Notes under the pieces: generated by a model
Databases searched by the model: none
Seen by the model: the letters and a program-made list of their open reading frames with translations, nothing else
What the model was told of the DNA's origin: nothing
Origin: an uncultured Poribacteria bacterium
GTDB taxonomy: Bacteria > Poribacteria > WGA-4E > PCPOR2b
Assembly: GCA_958296125.1 (NCBI GenBank)
Contig: OY282444.1
Span: 2,697,623 to 2,761,622, forward strand
Reading direction: 5' to 3'
DNA: 64,000 bases
Program-made: the position numbers and the translations under genes
Part shown: piece after piece, positions 48,817-59,225 of the stretch
How the letters are laid out: the number at the start of each line of letters is the position of its first letter
Numbering within the stretch: the first letter of the stretch is position 1

Positions 48817-49596
48817 ATGGAAGGAGGGAAAAGCCCGTCTGTGTTTGACCTCACCCGTCAACGTGCAATCGTGACCGGTGCATCGCGGGGATTGGGTCGT
48901 CATTTCGCTCTTACACTGGCACGAGCAGGAGCGCAGGTTGCTCTGGCTGCCCGTGGAATTGACCGCTTGCACGAGGTTGTCAAGGAGATCGAAGGGCTCA
49001 ACGGTTGTGCGGTTCCAGTCCATGTTGATGTGATCAACGGAAAGAGCGTTAGGGCGTGCGTCGAAACGGCAGAAAAGGCACTCGGACCGATTAATATCCT
49101 TGTCAATAACGCCGGTATTGCCGTGACCAAGCCGCTGCTTGAACACGCCGAGGAGGACTGGGACTCAGTGCTTGACACGAATCTCAAGGGGGTTTGGCTG
49201 ATGGGACAGGAGGTCGCACGACGTATGGTTCGCCGCGAGCAGGGCGGAAGTATCATCAATATCGCATCGGTTCTCGGAGCCCGCGGGATGTCACAATTAC
49301 CAGGATATTGTGCTTCTAAGGGCGGCATTATTAATCTGACACGGGCGATGGCGGTCGAGTTGGCACCGCACGGGATACGAGTCAACGCCATCGCACCCGG
49401 TTACATTGAAACCGATATGAACCGGCAATTCTTTGGCACACAAGCTGGTCAACGCCTGATTAAACGCATCCCACAACGCCGATTGGGGCAGGTTGAGGAC
49501 CTTGACGGCATATTGCTGCTGCTGGCTTCTGATGCGTCTCGCTATATGACCGGCAGTGTTATTACCGTTGACGGTGGCCAATCAGCTGCCCTGTAA
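48817..49596 (+). CDS. SDR family oxidoreductase
   Basis: ATG 48817 after AGAGAGGA; VTGASRGLGRHFAL, NNAG, YCASKGG catalytic motif. Confidence 0.85.
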   Translation: MEGGKSPSVFDLTRQRAIVTGASRGLGRHFALTLARAGAQVALAARGIDRLHEVVKEIEGLNGCAVPVHVDVINGKSVRACVETAEKALGPINILVNNAGIAVTKPLLEHAEEDWDSVLDTNLKGVWLMGQEVARRMVRREQGGSIINIASVLGARGMSQLPGYCASKGGIINLTRAMAVELAPHGIRVNAIAPGYIETDMNRQFFGTQAGQRLIKRIPQRRLGQVEDLDGILLLLASDASRYMTGSVITVDGGQSAAL

Positions 49597-49603
49597 TCGC
49601 CGG

Positions 49604-49867
49604 TTACTTAGGTTTGGCTAATGACCGGCACAGTTTTGCAATGAAAATCACAAGAAGGGCAACCACGTTACCGGTAAGAAATGCTCCCAAAATACCCGTC
49701 AACAGGACAAACGTGCTGACCCCTATCACACCTTCCCCAAATGGGCACGACCAATACCCCTTACCAAAGGCAAAAGCAGGAATTAGCGTTCCTAACAGGA
49801 ATCCAACCACGGCAGCAATCACTGCGATTTTTTGATATTTTCTTACCGGTAATTGAACTTCTTGCAT
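49604..49867 (-). CDS. Small membrane protein (hypothetical)
   Basis: 87 aa with three hydrophobic helices. Confidence 0.45.
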   Translation of the reverse strand: MQEVQLPVRKYQKIAVIAAVVGFLLGTLIPAFAFGKGYWSCPFGEGVIGVSTFVLLTGILGAFLTGNVVALLVIFIAKLCRSLAKPK

Positions 49868-49903
49868 TTTAGGTTTCGCGCCCCCTTTCTGATCTATACT
49901 TTT

Positions 49904-50638
49904 TTATAGTGACGGTCTTGTGCGGGTCAGTGTCAGGACATCAACGCAGTCAGGGTTTGCAACTTGTAGAACCTTGAGCGTTTCATTAATCGTTGTTCCC
50001 GTTGTAAAAATATCGTCAATCAGTAGAATCTTCCGATTCTGGATTAAGTCTGGCGACCGAATTTCAAAAGCCCCCGCGATATTTTTCACCCGTTCTTCGT
50101 GGGAGCTCAGACGGCTCAGTGGGGCTGTGTCCCTGATGCGAAAGAGAATATCGACACGGACCGGCACGCGCCAAACTTGGGCGATGCCGTGGGCAATTTG
50201 CTCGGATTGATTAAATCCTCGCTGGCGGAAGCGGTTTGTGTGGAGGGGGATTGGGAGCAGGAAATCGTAGTCTGTGGAGGAAAAATCTTCCGGAAGGTGC
50301 GCTTGCAGTAATTGGATTAGGTGTTTTGAGATGATCTGTTTCTTCTCATATTTCATCAAATGGATGGCTTCGCGCAGGGTGGGTTCGTAAAAGGTGACCG
50401 CGCGAAGTCTCCTAAATAACGGGGGACGCGCACAGCAATCTGCACAAACAGCACTCCACCCCGGCAGCCCGCAAATCCGACACCAAGGAGGCTTGAGAAA
50501 TTCGATCTGTTCCCAACAAGCATCGCAAAGGTAGGGCACCTGACCGACACCCATTGGTGTTTCACATCGTCGGCATGTTGCAGGGAATACAAACGTGATC
50601 AACGGTGCTAGCCATCTGTTCAGTTGTAATGTTTGCAA
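49904..50638 (-). CDS. ComF-family protein (phosphoribosyltransferase domain)
   Basis: N-terminal Cys4 zinc ribbon (CRRCE...CDAC...CRIC) and PRTase motif ILLIDDIFTTGTT. Confidence 0.75.
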   Translation of the reverse strand: MQTLQLNRWLAPLITFVFPATCRRCETPMGVGQVPYLCDACWEQIEFLKPPWCRICGLPGWSAVCADCCARPPLFRRLRAVTFYEPTLREAIHLMKYEKKQIISKHLIQLLQAHLPEDFSSTDYDFLLPIPLHTNRFRQRGFNQSEQIAHGIAQVWRVPVRVDILFRIRDTAPLSRLSSHEERVKNIAGAFEIRSPDLIQNRKILLIDDIFTTGTTINETLKVLQVANPDCVDVLTLTRTRPSL

Positions 50639-50719
50639 TCCGTTTTGTGCTCCTCATTTGCAGCGTGTATGTAGGGCTTCAGGTACACAATCTGGTCCTG
50701 CACGCGGATAGGTCGCGCC

Positions 50720-52165
50720 TCATGTATTCATTTCGATTCCCAAATTTTTAATCTTCTGCAATAACGTTGTACGGCTGATTCCCAAAAACTTTGCTGATTT
50801 CGTCTGGTTGTCTTGGACTTCTTCAAGGAGGCACTTGATCAACGTGCGATCAACGGCATCAATGACTTCGTCGTAGAGCGCGTCATGTGCTTGTGCCACA
50901 GCGTCTTTGACAGTTTCTTTCAATACAGATTCGAGTGCCATTTCTAGGCGAGATTGGCTTGATTGTTGCCTTCCTTTGTAATTCAGAATTTCGGATGAGA
51001 GATGTTCTGGCAGGAGGACATCTGTCCGTGAAAGGACCACCGCGCTTTTAACGGCGTTCTCTAGCTCCCTCACATTCCCGGGCCAATCGTACTGCTGCAA
51101 GAGTTCTAAACAGCGCGGCGAAACCCCTCGGACGTTTTGCCCAAGTTCGACACTGACTGTCTGTAGAAAGTGGTTGACTAGCAGTGAGATATCCGCAGCC
51201 CGCTCGCGCAGTGGTGGGAGGTTAATTGAAAGCAGGTTGAAGCGGTAGTAGAGATCTTCACGGAACCTGCCCAACCGGACCGCTTCAGCGAGGTCCTGAT
51301 TCGTTGCAGCGATGATACGCACATCTACTTTCAGCGGGCTGGTGCCGCCCAGTCTTTCGATTTCTTGTTCCTGTAAAACCCGTTGTAGTTTCACTTGTAG
51401 CACCGGGCTCATGTTACTGACTTCATCCAGAAACAGCGTACCCCCATCTGCGAGTTCAAATCTGCCGGGCTTGCCTTTGGTGCTCGCCCCCGTAAATGCG
51501 CCCGCTTCGTAGCCAAAGAGTTCGCTTTCAAGCAGGGCATCGGGAAGTGCGCCGCAGTTGACAGGGACGAAGGGTTTATCCTTTCGTGTGCTGTTGGCAT
51601 GGATCGAGTGTGCGATTAACTCTTTTCCCGTCCCATTTTCACCTTCTATCAGCACCGTGACGGTGTTGTTCGCCATCATCCCGATTAGCTTATAAATCTC
51701 CTGCATCTGTGGACTTTTCCCGACCAAGCGATGTTCCTGTGGCTGCGCCGGCAGTTCAACCTCCACCGAAGGGAGTTCAATAGGCGGCATTTTACTGCGC
51801 TCAACTTGCATCTGTGTGACGCGATCGATAATTGCTTTTACCTGATCCAGATCGATTGGCTTGGGGATAAAATCAAACGCATGCAGCTGCATAGCTTGGA
51901 TGGTGGTCTCCACGCTGTCATACGCTGTCATCACGATCACGATTGCCTCCGGCTGAAGGATTTTAATCTGCTTCAATGCCTCAAGCCCATTCATGCCGGG
52001 CAATCGCACATCAAGCAGAACGATATCAGGAGTTTCCAACTGAATCTTTCGCACGCCTTCCTCTGCATTGTTGGCAATAATGGGGCGGTGGCCCTCGTCT
52101 GTTAAAAATTGCTCGAAAGCCCAGCAAATTTTTTCGTCATCATCAATGACTAATATATTTTTCAT
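50720..52165 (-). CDS. Sigma-54-dependent response regulator (NtrC/Fis family)
   Basis: Receiver domain (ILVIDDDE...D), AAA+ sigma54 activator core (GENGTGKE, GAFTGA, ESELFGYE), C-terminal Fis HTH. Start at ATG 52165. Confidence 0.85.
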   Translation of the reverse strand: MKNILVIDDDEKICWAFEQFLTDEGHRPIIANNAEEGVRKIQLETPDIVLLDVRLPGMNGLEALKQIKILQPEAIVIVMTAYDSVETTIQAMQLHAFDFIPKPIDLDQVKAIIDRVTQMQVERSKMPPIELPSVEVELPAQPQEHRLVGKSPQMQEIYKLIGMMANNTVTVLIEGENGTGKELIAHSIHANSTRKDKPFVPVNCGALPDALLESELFGYEAGAFTGASTKGKPGRFELADGGTLFLDEVSNMSPVLQVKLQRVLQEQEIERLGGTSPLKVDVRIIAATNQDLAEAVRLGRFREDLYYRFNLLSINLPPLRERAADISLLVNHFLQTVSVELGQNVRGVSPRCLELLQQYDWPGNVRELENAVKSAVVLSRTDVLLPEHLSSEILNYKGRQQSSQSRLEMALESVLKETVKDAVAQAHDALYDEVIDAVDRTLIKCLLEEVQDNQTKSAKFLGISRTTLLQKIKNLGIEMNT

Positions 52166-52254
52166 GGCGAACCCCATCTTATCACGCTCTGGCAAAACCT
52201 TCAACCGAAAAAGAATGTCACAGATCGCGAGTCTGTTTTGCCTAATTTGTTATT

Positions 52255-54753
52255 TTACCGATTCTCCTTCTGCCTCATTTCGACCAATACGGGTCCTGAG
52301 TTCAGAAAGTCCAATTCGATTGCCTGATGAGCGTACCCCGCCGCCTCAACCACAATACGATATCGGCGCGCACGAACCCCGTGGAAAACAGCTTTTCCAG
52401 TTCGATTCGTTACTAACGGAAAGGTGTCATCTAACGCAACCCTCGCGCCAGCGACCGGCTGCTGCGAAATTCCATCAACAACTTGAATTTCAAGCTCCGT
52501 TTGAGGTAAGACTTCACCTATTGTGCGGGGGGTGAGTCCCTCTTCATCGGGTTGAGCGTTTTTCAGAAACTTCCACGTTCCCAAGAAGATTGCGTAAGCC
52601 TCTTGTGTGATTAGGGTAGGGGAGGCCACGGGATCATGAAGATGTGGGTGATTGATAGAACGGATCTCGAGTGCAAGTGCGATTTTGTTAGTTGACCGAA
52701 TCTCTGGGGATTTCTCATCCCCAAACGTTTTAATTGGGGTCCCAAAAAGTACCATGTTAAATCCCTCAAGTATCACCTTGAGGTAGTCTTCCGCGACCTG
52801 ATTACCCGGGTAGCCCGCGGCGATTACCGATGGCTCACCTTCGACCCAAACACCGTGATCAATCCGGAGGTAGTATCCGTCATGTTTGACAGCGTTGATT
52901 GTTTTGACCCGTTTTGAGGCAGGGATCTTCTCATCTTTCTCTCGAACAAGGTAAACGTTTGCCCCGGCAAGCTCCAGCATCTCCTTGAGGAATTTGACCA
53001 CGGCGAGGTTGAGATCTGCGGAGGCAACAGAATTGATGGCAGGCATCCCTCGTTCTGAACCGCCATAGCGTGCGTCGAGGACAAAGACTTTCCCAATAAG
53101 CGCACCGTCTGCAATCGGATGGAGTTGGGGCTGGAGGACCTGCGCGCTGTTTGACCGCGTCTCGGTCTTCAGTTGGAAGTTGTAATAGCCAGTCTTTGAA
53201 ACGTTAAGGGTTGCGTCCCCCGGCGAAACGTTATTAAAAAAGAAGTGTCCATCCGGATTGGTCATCGTGCTTCTGTTCTTTGCTCTCATCAGTCGCACGG
53301 TTGCATCTGAGACGATGTTCCCAGAGACATCGTGGACGCAGCCTTGAACAATACCGCCACGAATTTCCTCAAAACGGATGGCGATGACTTCTGACCTGTT
53401 CTTGTAAACCACTTTCACCTGTGCGAGACCTTCCTCTGGCTGCGTCGCGTCCGTGTGCAAGTAAAATCGCGCTTCCCCGTTCTTTGCGGATCCCTTTGTT
53501 TCAACAAGCTGCCCAAGCGATGTCTGAGCATGAATGAGCTCGTCATCTGCGATTGGTAGACCATCCTTGTCCAGAGCGGTGGCAGTGATTCCGACATAGC
53601 TCGCACCATCGGGGGGAAGGACCTTAGTCCATGCGCGGAGTTTCAGCTTTGCGGCGGGTGGGGCGACTTTGAACCATTGCCCGCTCGGCAAGCTATGATT
53701 CCCGTAGTAGTTGACAAGATTGGTTTCAACAAGATGTACACCGTTGGAGAGCGGCTTCGGTGGGATAATCACAATAAGATCTTCAACGCGGAGATACTGG
53801 TGGGGAACGACAATGCCATCGAGTTTGACGCGGATGGAATCGGAGAAAACCTGTTGCCGCTTGAGCATCCACGCGCCTCGCTCATGCAAGCCATCTGCTA
53901 CACGAATCTCGATGCGCGGTGTCTTAGTTTCGATGGACGATTCCGGCGACGGTGTCAGCAGGACCCCCTTCGGAAACCCCGCTGCAACGTAACGGGCAAC
54001 CCCAAGAAAATAGCCGTAAGCCTCGCGCTTGTTGTATGATTTCTCTTTCAAACGTTTCTCCTCTTCGGGGTCGGAATAAAACGATGCTTCACACAAAATG
54101 GCGGGCCCCTTCGTCCGACGTAGTACGCCGAATCCCGAAGGTATTACCAATCGATCCGAATAGAGTCCTGTTGGGGTAAATTGCGGCAGACGCAGTGCAT
54201 CAGCGACGCTCTGCTGAACGTAGCGGGCGAGATCTAAACTGGTGCGGGAATCATCTGCATCTTGATGATACCATGTGGAGGTGTAATTGGTTTCGGGATC
54301 GCTGAAAGAATTATGGTGGAGGGAAATAAAAAAATCAACGGCGTTCTGATTGGCGAGCTCACTACGGTCCGGGATGCTGACGAAGGAATCATCGGTGCGC
54401 GTCATGAAAACAATCGCACCCGCTTGCCTCAGAAATTCGCGTAGATACAGTGCCACGCGCAGGTTCACCTCTGCCTCACGCAGCCCGGTTGGTCCCCGCT
54501 TATAATTCGGTAGGTGAGCCTGCCCACCATGCCCTGGGTCCAAGCAGATTTTGATTCCTTCAAGGTAACGGGCGTAAGGCGGAATCGAGAAATTGGCATG
54601 GGGCAGCTTGTGCCATTCATTGAGTTCATCAAGTACTTCGTGTTTTTCACCGCAGCCAGTCAATACGATTGATACAATGCAGATGAAGGACAGGAGAGGT
54701 TTCAGACGTATCATTCTGTTGCAGCCTCGCAGAGAAAGCGTGCCGCCTCTCAA
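52255..54753 (-). CDS. N-acetylmuramoyl-L-alanine amidase (Amidase_3) multidomain protein with CarboxypepD_reg-like domains
   Basis: Signal peptide. Canonical amidase_3 core (ICLDPGHGGQ...HHNSF). Second, degenerate amidase_3-like module (VFVLDARYGG...). Carboxypeptidase-regulatory-like beta-sandwich segments. Confidence 0.75.
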   Translation of the reverse strand: MRGGTLSLRGCNRMIRLKPLLSFICIVSIVLTGCGEKHEVLDELNEWHKLPHANFSIPPYARYLEGIKICLDPGHGGQAHLPNYKRGPTGLREAEVNLRVALYLREFLRQAGAIVFMTRTDDSFVSIPDRSELANQNAVDFFISLHHNSFSDPETNYTSTWYHQDADDSRTSLDLARYVQQSVADALRLPQFTPTGLYSDRLVIPSGFGVLRRTKGPAILCEASFYSDPEEEKRLKEKSYNKREAYGYFLGVARYVAAGFPKGVLLTPSPESSIETKTPRIEIRVADGLHERGAWMLKRQQVFSDSIRVKLDGIVVPHQYLRVEDLIVIIPPKPLSNGVHLVETNLVNYYGNHSLPSGQWFKVAPPAAKLKLRAWTKVLPPDGASYVGITATALDKDGLPIADDELIHAQTSLGQLVETKGSAKNGEARFYLHTDATQPEEGLAQVKVVYKNRSEVIAIRFEEIRGGIVQGCVHDVSGNIVSDATVRLMRAKNRSTMTNPDGHFFFNNVSPGDATLNVSKTGYYNFQLKTETRSNSAQVLQPQLHPIADGALIGKVFVLDARYGGSERGMPAINSVASADLNLAVVKFLKEMLELAGANVYLVREKDEKIPASKRVKTINAVKHDGYYLRIDHGVWVEGEPSVIAAGYPGNQVAEDYLKVILEGFNMVLFGTPIKTFGDEKSPEIRSTNKIALALEIRSINHPHLHDPVASPTLITQEAYAIFLGTWKFLKNAQPDEEGLTPRTIGEVLPQTELEIQVVDGISQQPVAGARVALDDTFPLVTNRTGKAVFHGVRARRYRIVVEAAGYAHQAIELDFLNSGPVLVEMRQKENR

Positions 54754-54756
54754 ATC

Positions 54757-55299
54757 TTACGAATCTATCGACTCAGAATCTTTTTGTAGTGTCTTCTGGT
54801 AGAGTGCAGTTCCGTAAAACTCATAGGAAGCAGCCGTATCTGGGACATCAACGACATGGACTGTAAACCGAGCGGGCACACCCTTTTCCGGTAGGTAATC
54901 ACGAAAAAAGTTACTATACGCTTGAGCGTAAGCTTTGCGCAATCGTTCTTGTTCTGCTGCGTAACCCGCCGGGTCAATGAGCGGATTTGGGGCTTTGGGT
55001 TGACAACCAAAGGCGTGAACTTCAATGAAATCTATATCCTTCAGAGAATCGCAAATCCCCGCCTCTTTCAACCAAGATTCCCAGCTTTTGAATACCAATG
55101 GGATCTCCTGTTCCGGATCCATTGAAATCAGTTCATTGAGGTTCAGCACCCCTTTCGCCGAATATCCTCCTGTTAGCCCCGAAAAATAAATTTTCAGATC
55201 CCCGTCCGGCAACGTCTCGGTGACCAAAGGAGACAACACCGGATGATCGCCTTGGTAATAATAGGTCAACTTCCCACGTTTTTTGACATTAAATGCCAT
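54757..55299 (-). CDS. Hypothetical protein
   Basis: 180-aa ORF immediately downstream of the amidase (4-bp gap); no recognisable motif. Confidence 0.45.
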   Translation of the reverse strand: MAFNVKKRGKLTYYYQGDHPVLSPLVTETLPDGDLKIYFSGLTGGYSAKGVLNLNELISMDPEQEIPLVFKSWESWLKEAGICDSLKDIDFIEVHAFGCQPKAPNPLIDPAGYAAEQERLRKAYAQAYSNFFRDYLPEKGVPARFTVHVVDVPDTAASYEFYGTALYQKTLQKDSESIDS

Positions 55300-55673
55300 C
55301 GTCCGTTCCTCTGTTAAATATGAACATTAAAAAAAAACATCGAGGACAAATGCTCGATGCTTGAACTTGTGTGGGTGCCAAAAATTGATCTTTAACTTCA
55401 AACGGTTACGTACTGAGAAAGCCAAATATGCCCTGCGAGCACCATTAGCGTTTCTCTATCGTTCTGCCTACGAAGAAGATTAAGATTCCAACCACGAGGG
55501 AGGCTATCTCTGCGCCCATAGCACCGCCTTCACTCAAGCCATAGGGGTTGACACACCCAACATATAACCCCGCTCCCAGAAGCGACATTCCTATCAATTC
55601 TAATACTTTGCCGATGATAAACACTGTGAGCTCCGCGCACTTGAATCTTGAGGCATTGGTGTTAATCGCCTAA

Positions 55674-56378
55674 CTAATAAAGCTTTTTGATACGCCCCCA
55701 TTGTATCGCTTTCTGGTTTGCATCTAGCTTTATATTCGCTGTAAATACCAGATCTGCAAGAGCATCTTCCGGTTCAGTTTGACCGACCGGGCCCCAGCGA
55801 AGTTGGTGGTTTAAACGATTACCATCCATATCATAATAGTAAATTCCGAAACTGATCGTCTCCTCTTTTTTGGGTGTAAGGCCCAAGTCAAAACTCAATT
55901 CTACAGATTGCCCTGCATTTCCCCAAGTGACCAACATCCGCTGAGAATCAGCCAGCACGATGTCTTTTCCAACGGGGAGGGTGTAACGATAGAGGTCGCT
56001 CTGTTGGCCTGAATGCTCTACATCTAGATAGATCTCTAGGCGGTCTTGCAGAGTGAGCTTTTCGTGAGCGGTTTCAATTTGGTCATCGGTCAGTTCAACG
56101 GCTATGTAGAGAGAGGCGTTGCGCCATACAGCAGCAAAGGTGCCTTTGAAATCACTCGATTCAGCCCAACGCCGATCCTTTTTGACATCATGGTCTAGGA
56201 CAGCAGATGTAGCATCTTCCCATGCCGGGTCGTCGAGAAATCCATCAACGACTGGGGCGACCTCTACCAGTTTAGCTTTATATTTGAACTCCGCACCTGT
56301 CTGCGGATCTATAATACGTGCGGATCCGTAGCTGGCTGCAATCAGTATAATCAATATACAAAAGGATAACTTTTTCAC
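55674..56378 (-). CDS. Secreted protein, carbohydrate-binding family 9-like/DOMON-like (tentative)
   Basis: Signal peptide; VDGFLDDPAWEDA...LYIAVELTDD pattern resembles CBM9-like sugar-binding modules. Confidence 0.4.
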   Translation of the reverse strand: MKKLSFCILIILIAASYGSARIIDPQTGAEFKYKAKLVEVAPVVDGFLDDPAWEDATSAVLDHDVKKDRRWAESSDFKGTFAAVWRNASLYIAVELTDDQIETAHEKLTLQDRLEIYLDVEHSGQQSDLYRYTLPVGKDIVLADSQRMLVTWGNAGQSVELSFDLGLTPKKEETISFGIYYYDMDGNRLNHQLRWGPVGQTEPEDALADLVFTANIKLDANQKAIQWGRIKKLY

Positions 56379-56532
56379 AGTTTGATCGCCCGCCTTAGAT
56401 ACAAATTAAACCTTTAGGTATAGTAGACCTAATTGGTAGTATACTAGCCAGTATATTGAGTGTCAAGAAAAAATTAGGACTTACTAGGGTCATTTAATTC
56501 TTCGGACTGCGGGGGGATTAGAGGGGGGCATT

Positions 56533-56570
56533 CCCTGGTCTCGCCTGTCCCGCTCCGTGCCGAGCCAGGG
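56533..56570. repeat. Hairpin variant of the dispersed repeat (CCCTGGTCTCG...CGAGCCAGGG)
   Basis: Inverted arrangement of the CCTGGTCTCG module, flanked by direct repeats GGACTGCGGGG (56506, 56573) and modules shared with the 9020..9210 region. Confidence 0.6.
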
Positions 56571-56709
56571 TTGGGACTGCGGGGCAGCAATAAATCACCG
56601 AACTACCCCCCTGCCCCCCCAATAAGGTGCGTAGCGACAATCTTCTGTAGACTTGCAGTTAATCTAACTTGGTTTTGGTAGTAGGCACTGGCGGCATGCT
56701 CCAAAACAA

Positions 56710-56744
56710 AAAAGGGGAAACAGTATTCCACTGTTTCCCCTTTT
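56710..56744 (-). terminator. Rho-independent terminator of the atp operon (bidirectional-capable hairpin)
   Basis: Perfect 15-bp stem AAAAGGGGAAACAGT / ACTGTTTCCCCTTTT with 5-nt loop, 58 bp downstream of the atpC stop. T-run on the minus-strand transcript. Confidence 0.6.
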
Positions 56745-56801
56745 CAGATATGGATTGCACAGAATCGCGGTGTTTTTAGCAACAAAAATTGATTGAGAAG
56801 C

Positions 56802-57209
56802 CTACTGCTGCCCCGCAATTCGTAACCGATTGACAGCGCGAGCCAATGCCGCCTCTGCTCGTGCGCTGTTAATATTTGGATCGCGTGAAGCAAGAAGGTC
56901 CTGTGCACGTTGGCGAGCGGCTTCTGCACGTTCAACGTCAATTTCATACGCCCATTCAGCGGTATCCGCCAACACGGTGACACCGGTGCGTAATACTTCA
57001 AAAATACCCCCACTGGTTGCGACGGATTGGGGCGTGTCAAATGCACGGATGCGGATTTCACCAATATCCAGCACAGTCAGAAAAGGAATGTGCCCAGCGA
57101 GAATCTCAAACGATCCCAGTTCACCGGGAGCTCTCACGCCGCTAACGTCACCTTCATAAATCAACTGTTCGGGTGTTCGGATTTCGAGATGTAATCTTTT
57201 TTCAAGCAT
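56802..57209 (-). CDS. atpC: ATP synthase F1 epsilon subunit
   Basis: 135 aa; MLEKRLHLEIRTPEQLIYEGDV...ILAGHIPFLT... canonical epsilon N-terminal beta-sandwich plus C-terminal helices. Confidence 0.9.
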   Translation of the reverse strand: MLEKRLHLEIRTPEQLIYEGDVSGVRAPGELGSFEILAGHIPFLTVLDIGEIRIRAFDTPQSVATSGGIFEVLRTGVTVLADTAEWAYEIDVERAEAARQRAQDLLASRDPNINSARAEAALARAVNRLRIAGQQ

Positions 57210-57341
57210 AATTATGTGGTTGGGCAGGGCAATCGCATATAAATATTGTCAAGGACTTACTCACTCCCACTGCGAAAATCATGTCCTATTTCCTACTGCG
57301 TATGACGATAACTTTGGCATAGGAAATCTACTCGTAGCCAC

Positions 57342-57357
57342 AGGTTTCCTAACCTGG
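57342..57357. repeat. 16-bp palindrome CAGGTTTCCTAACCTG-type motif (copy 2)
   Basis: Same 15-mer as at 22784; lies in the unusual 280-bp atpD-atpC spacer. Confidence 0.5.
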
Positions 57358-57488
57358 GATCGCCCGCGGGTTAGAAAATCCCGATTTCATCGAGGACAGT
57401 CTCTGCGCCACGACAGCGATTAGCTCCAGTTTCTGATTGCTCACTTACCTAATTCCTATAACAGATGCAGTTCCCCTATGGGGTTGAG

Positions 57489-58901
<1,413 letters not shown>

Positions 58902-59225
58902 TTATCTCGCTTTCCATCAATTGTCTATATTATAACCAGTAATGTTATGTTTTTAAGGAATTATTCGACCATTAGGATTGATGCAGTTGAACGTTCAAAG
59001 CCTCGTAGGGACTGGAACGGACGCTCCCTAAATTGGGCGACTGCAATCTGAAATGCGTAACTCCTAGACCATGTTGAATCTGATGGCGAATTTACATTCT
59101 GATGTGAGTTTACAACAATTTCTTGCTCTGCCTTTTTATTATTAGATGTAAAGAGTTGTGTGAGTGGAGGCACGGCTCCCTGAACCCTCTAGGTCAGATC
59201 TGGGAGCCGAGGCCAATTTTAGCAA

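Noticed and set aside
49626-49641. Sigma-54 -24/-12-like element TGGCACAGTTTTGCA
   Set aside because: GG-to-GC spacing is 9 rather than 10 nt, and it is on the plus strand with no plus-strand gene downstream; likely chance.
56744-57159. ORFs 56744..57064(-) and 56830..57159(+) overlapping atpC
   Set aside because: Alternative-frame or antisense ORFs within a highly conserved atpC gene; no independent motif support.
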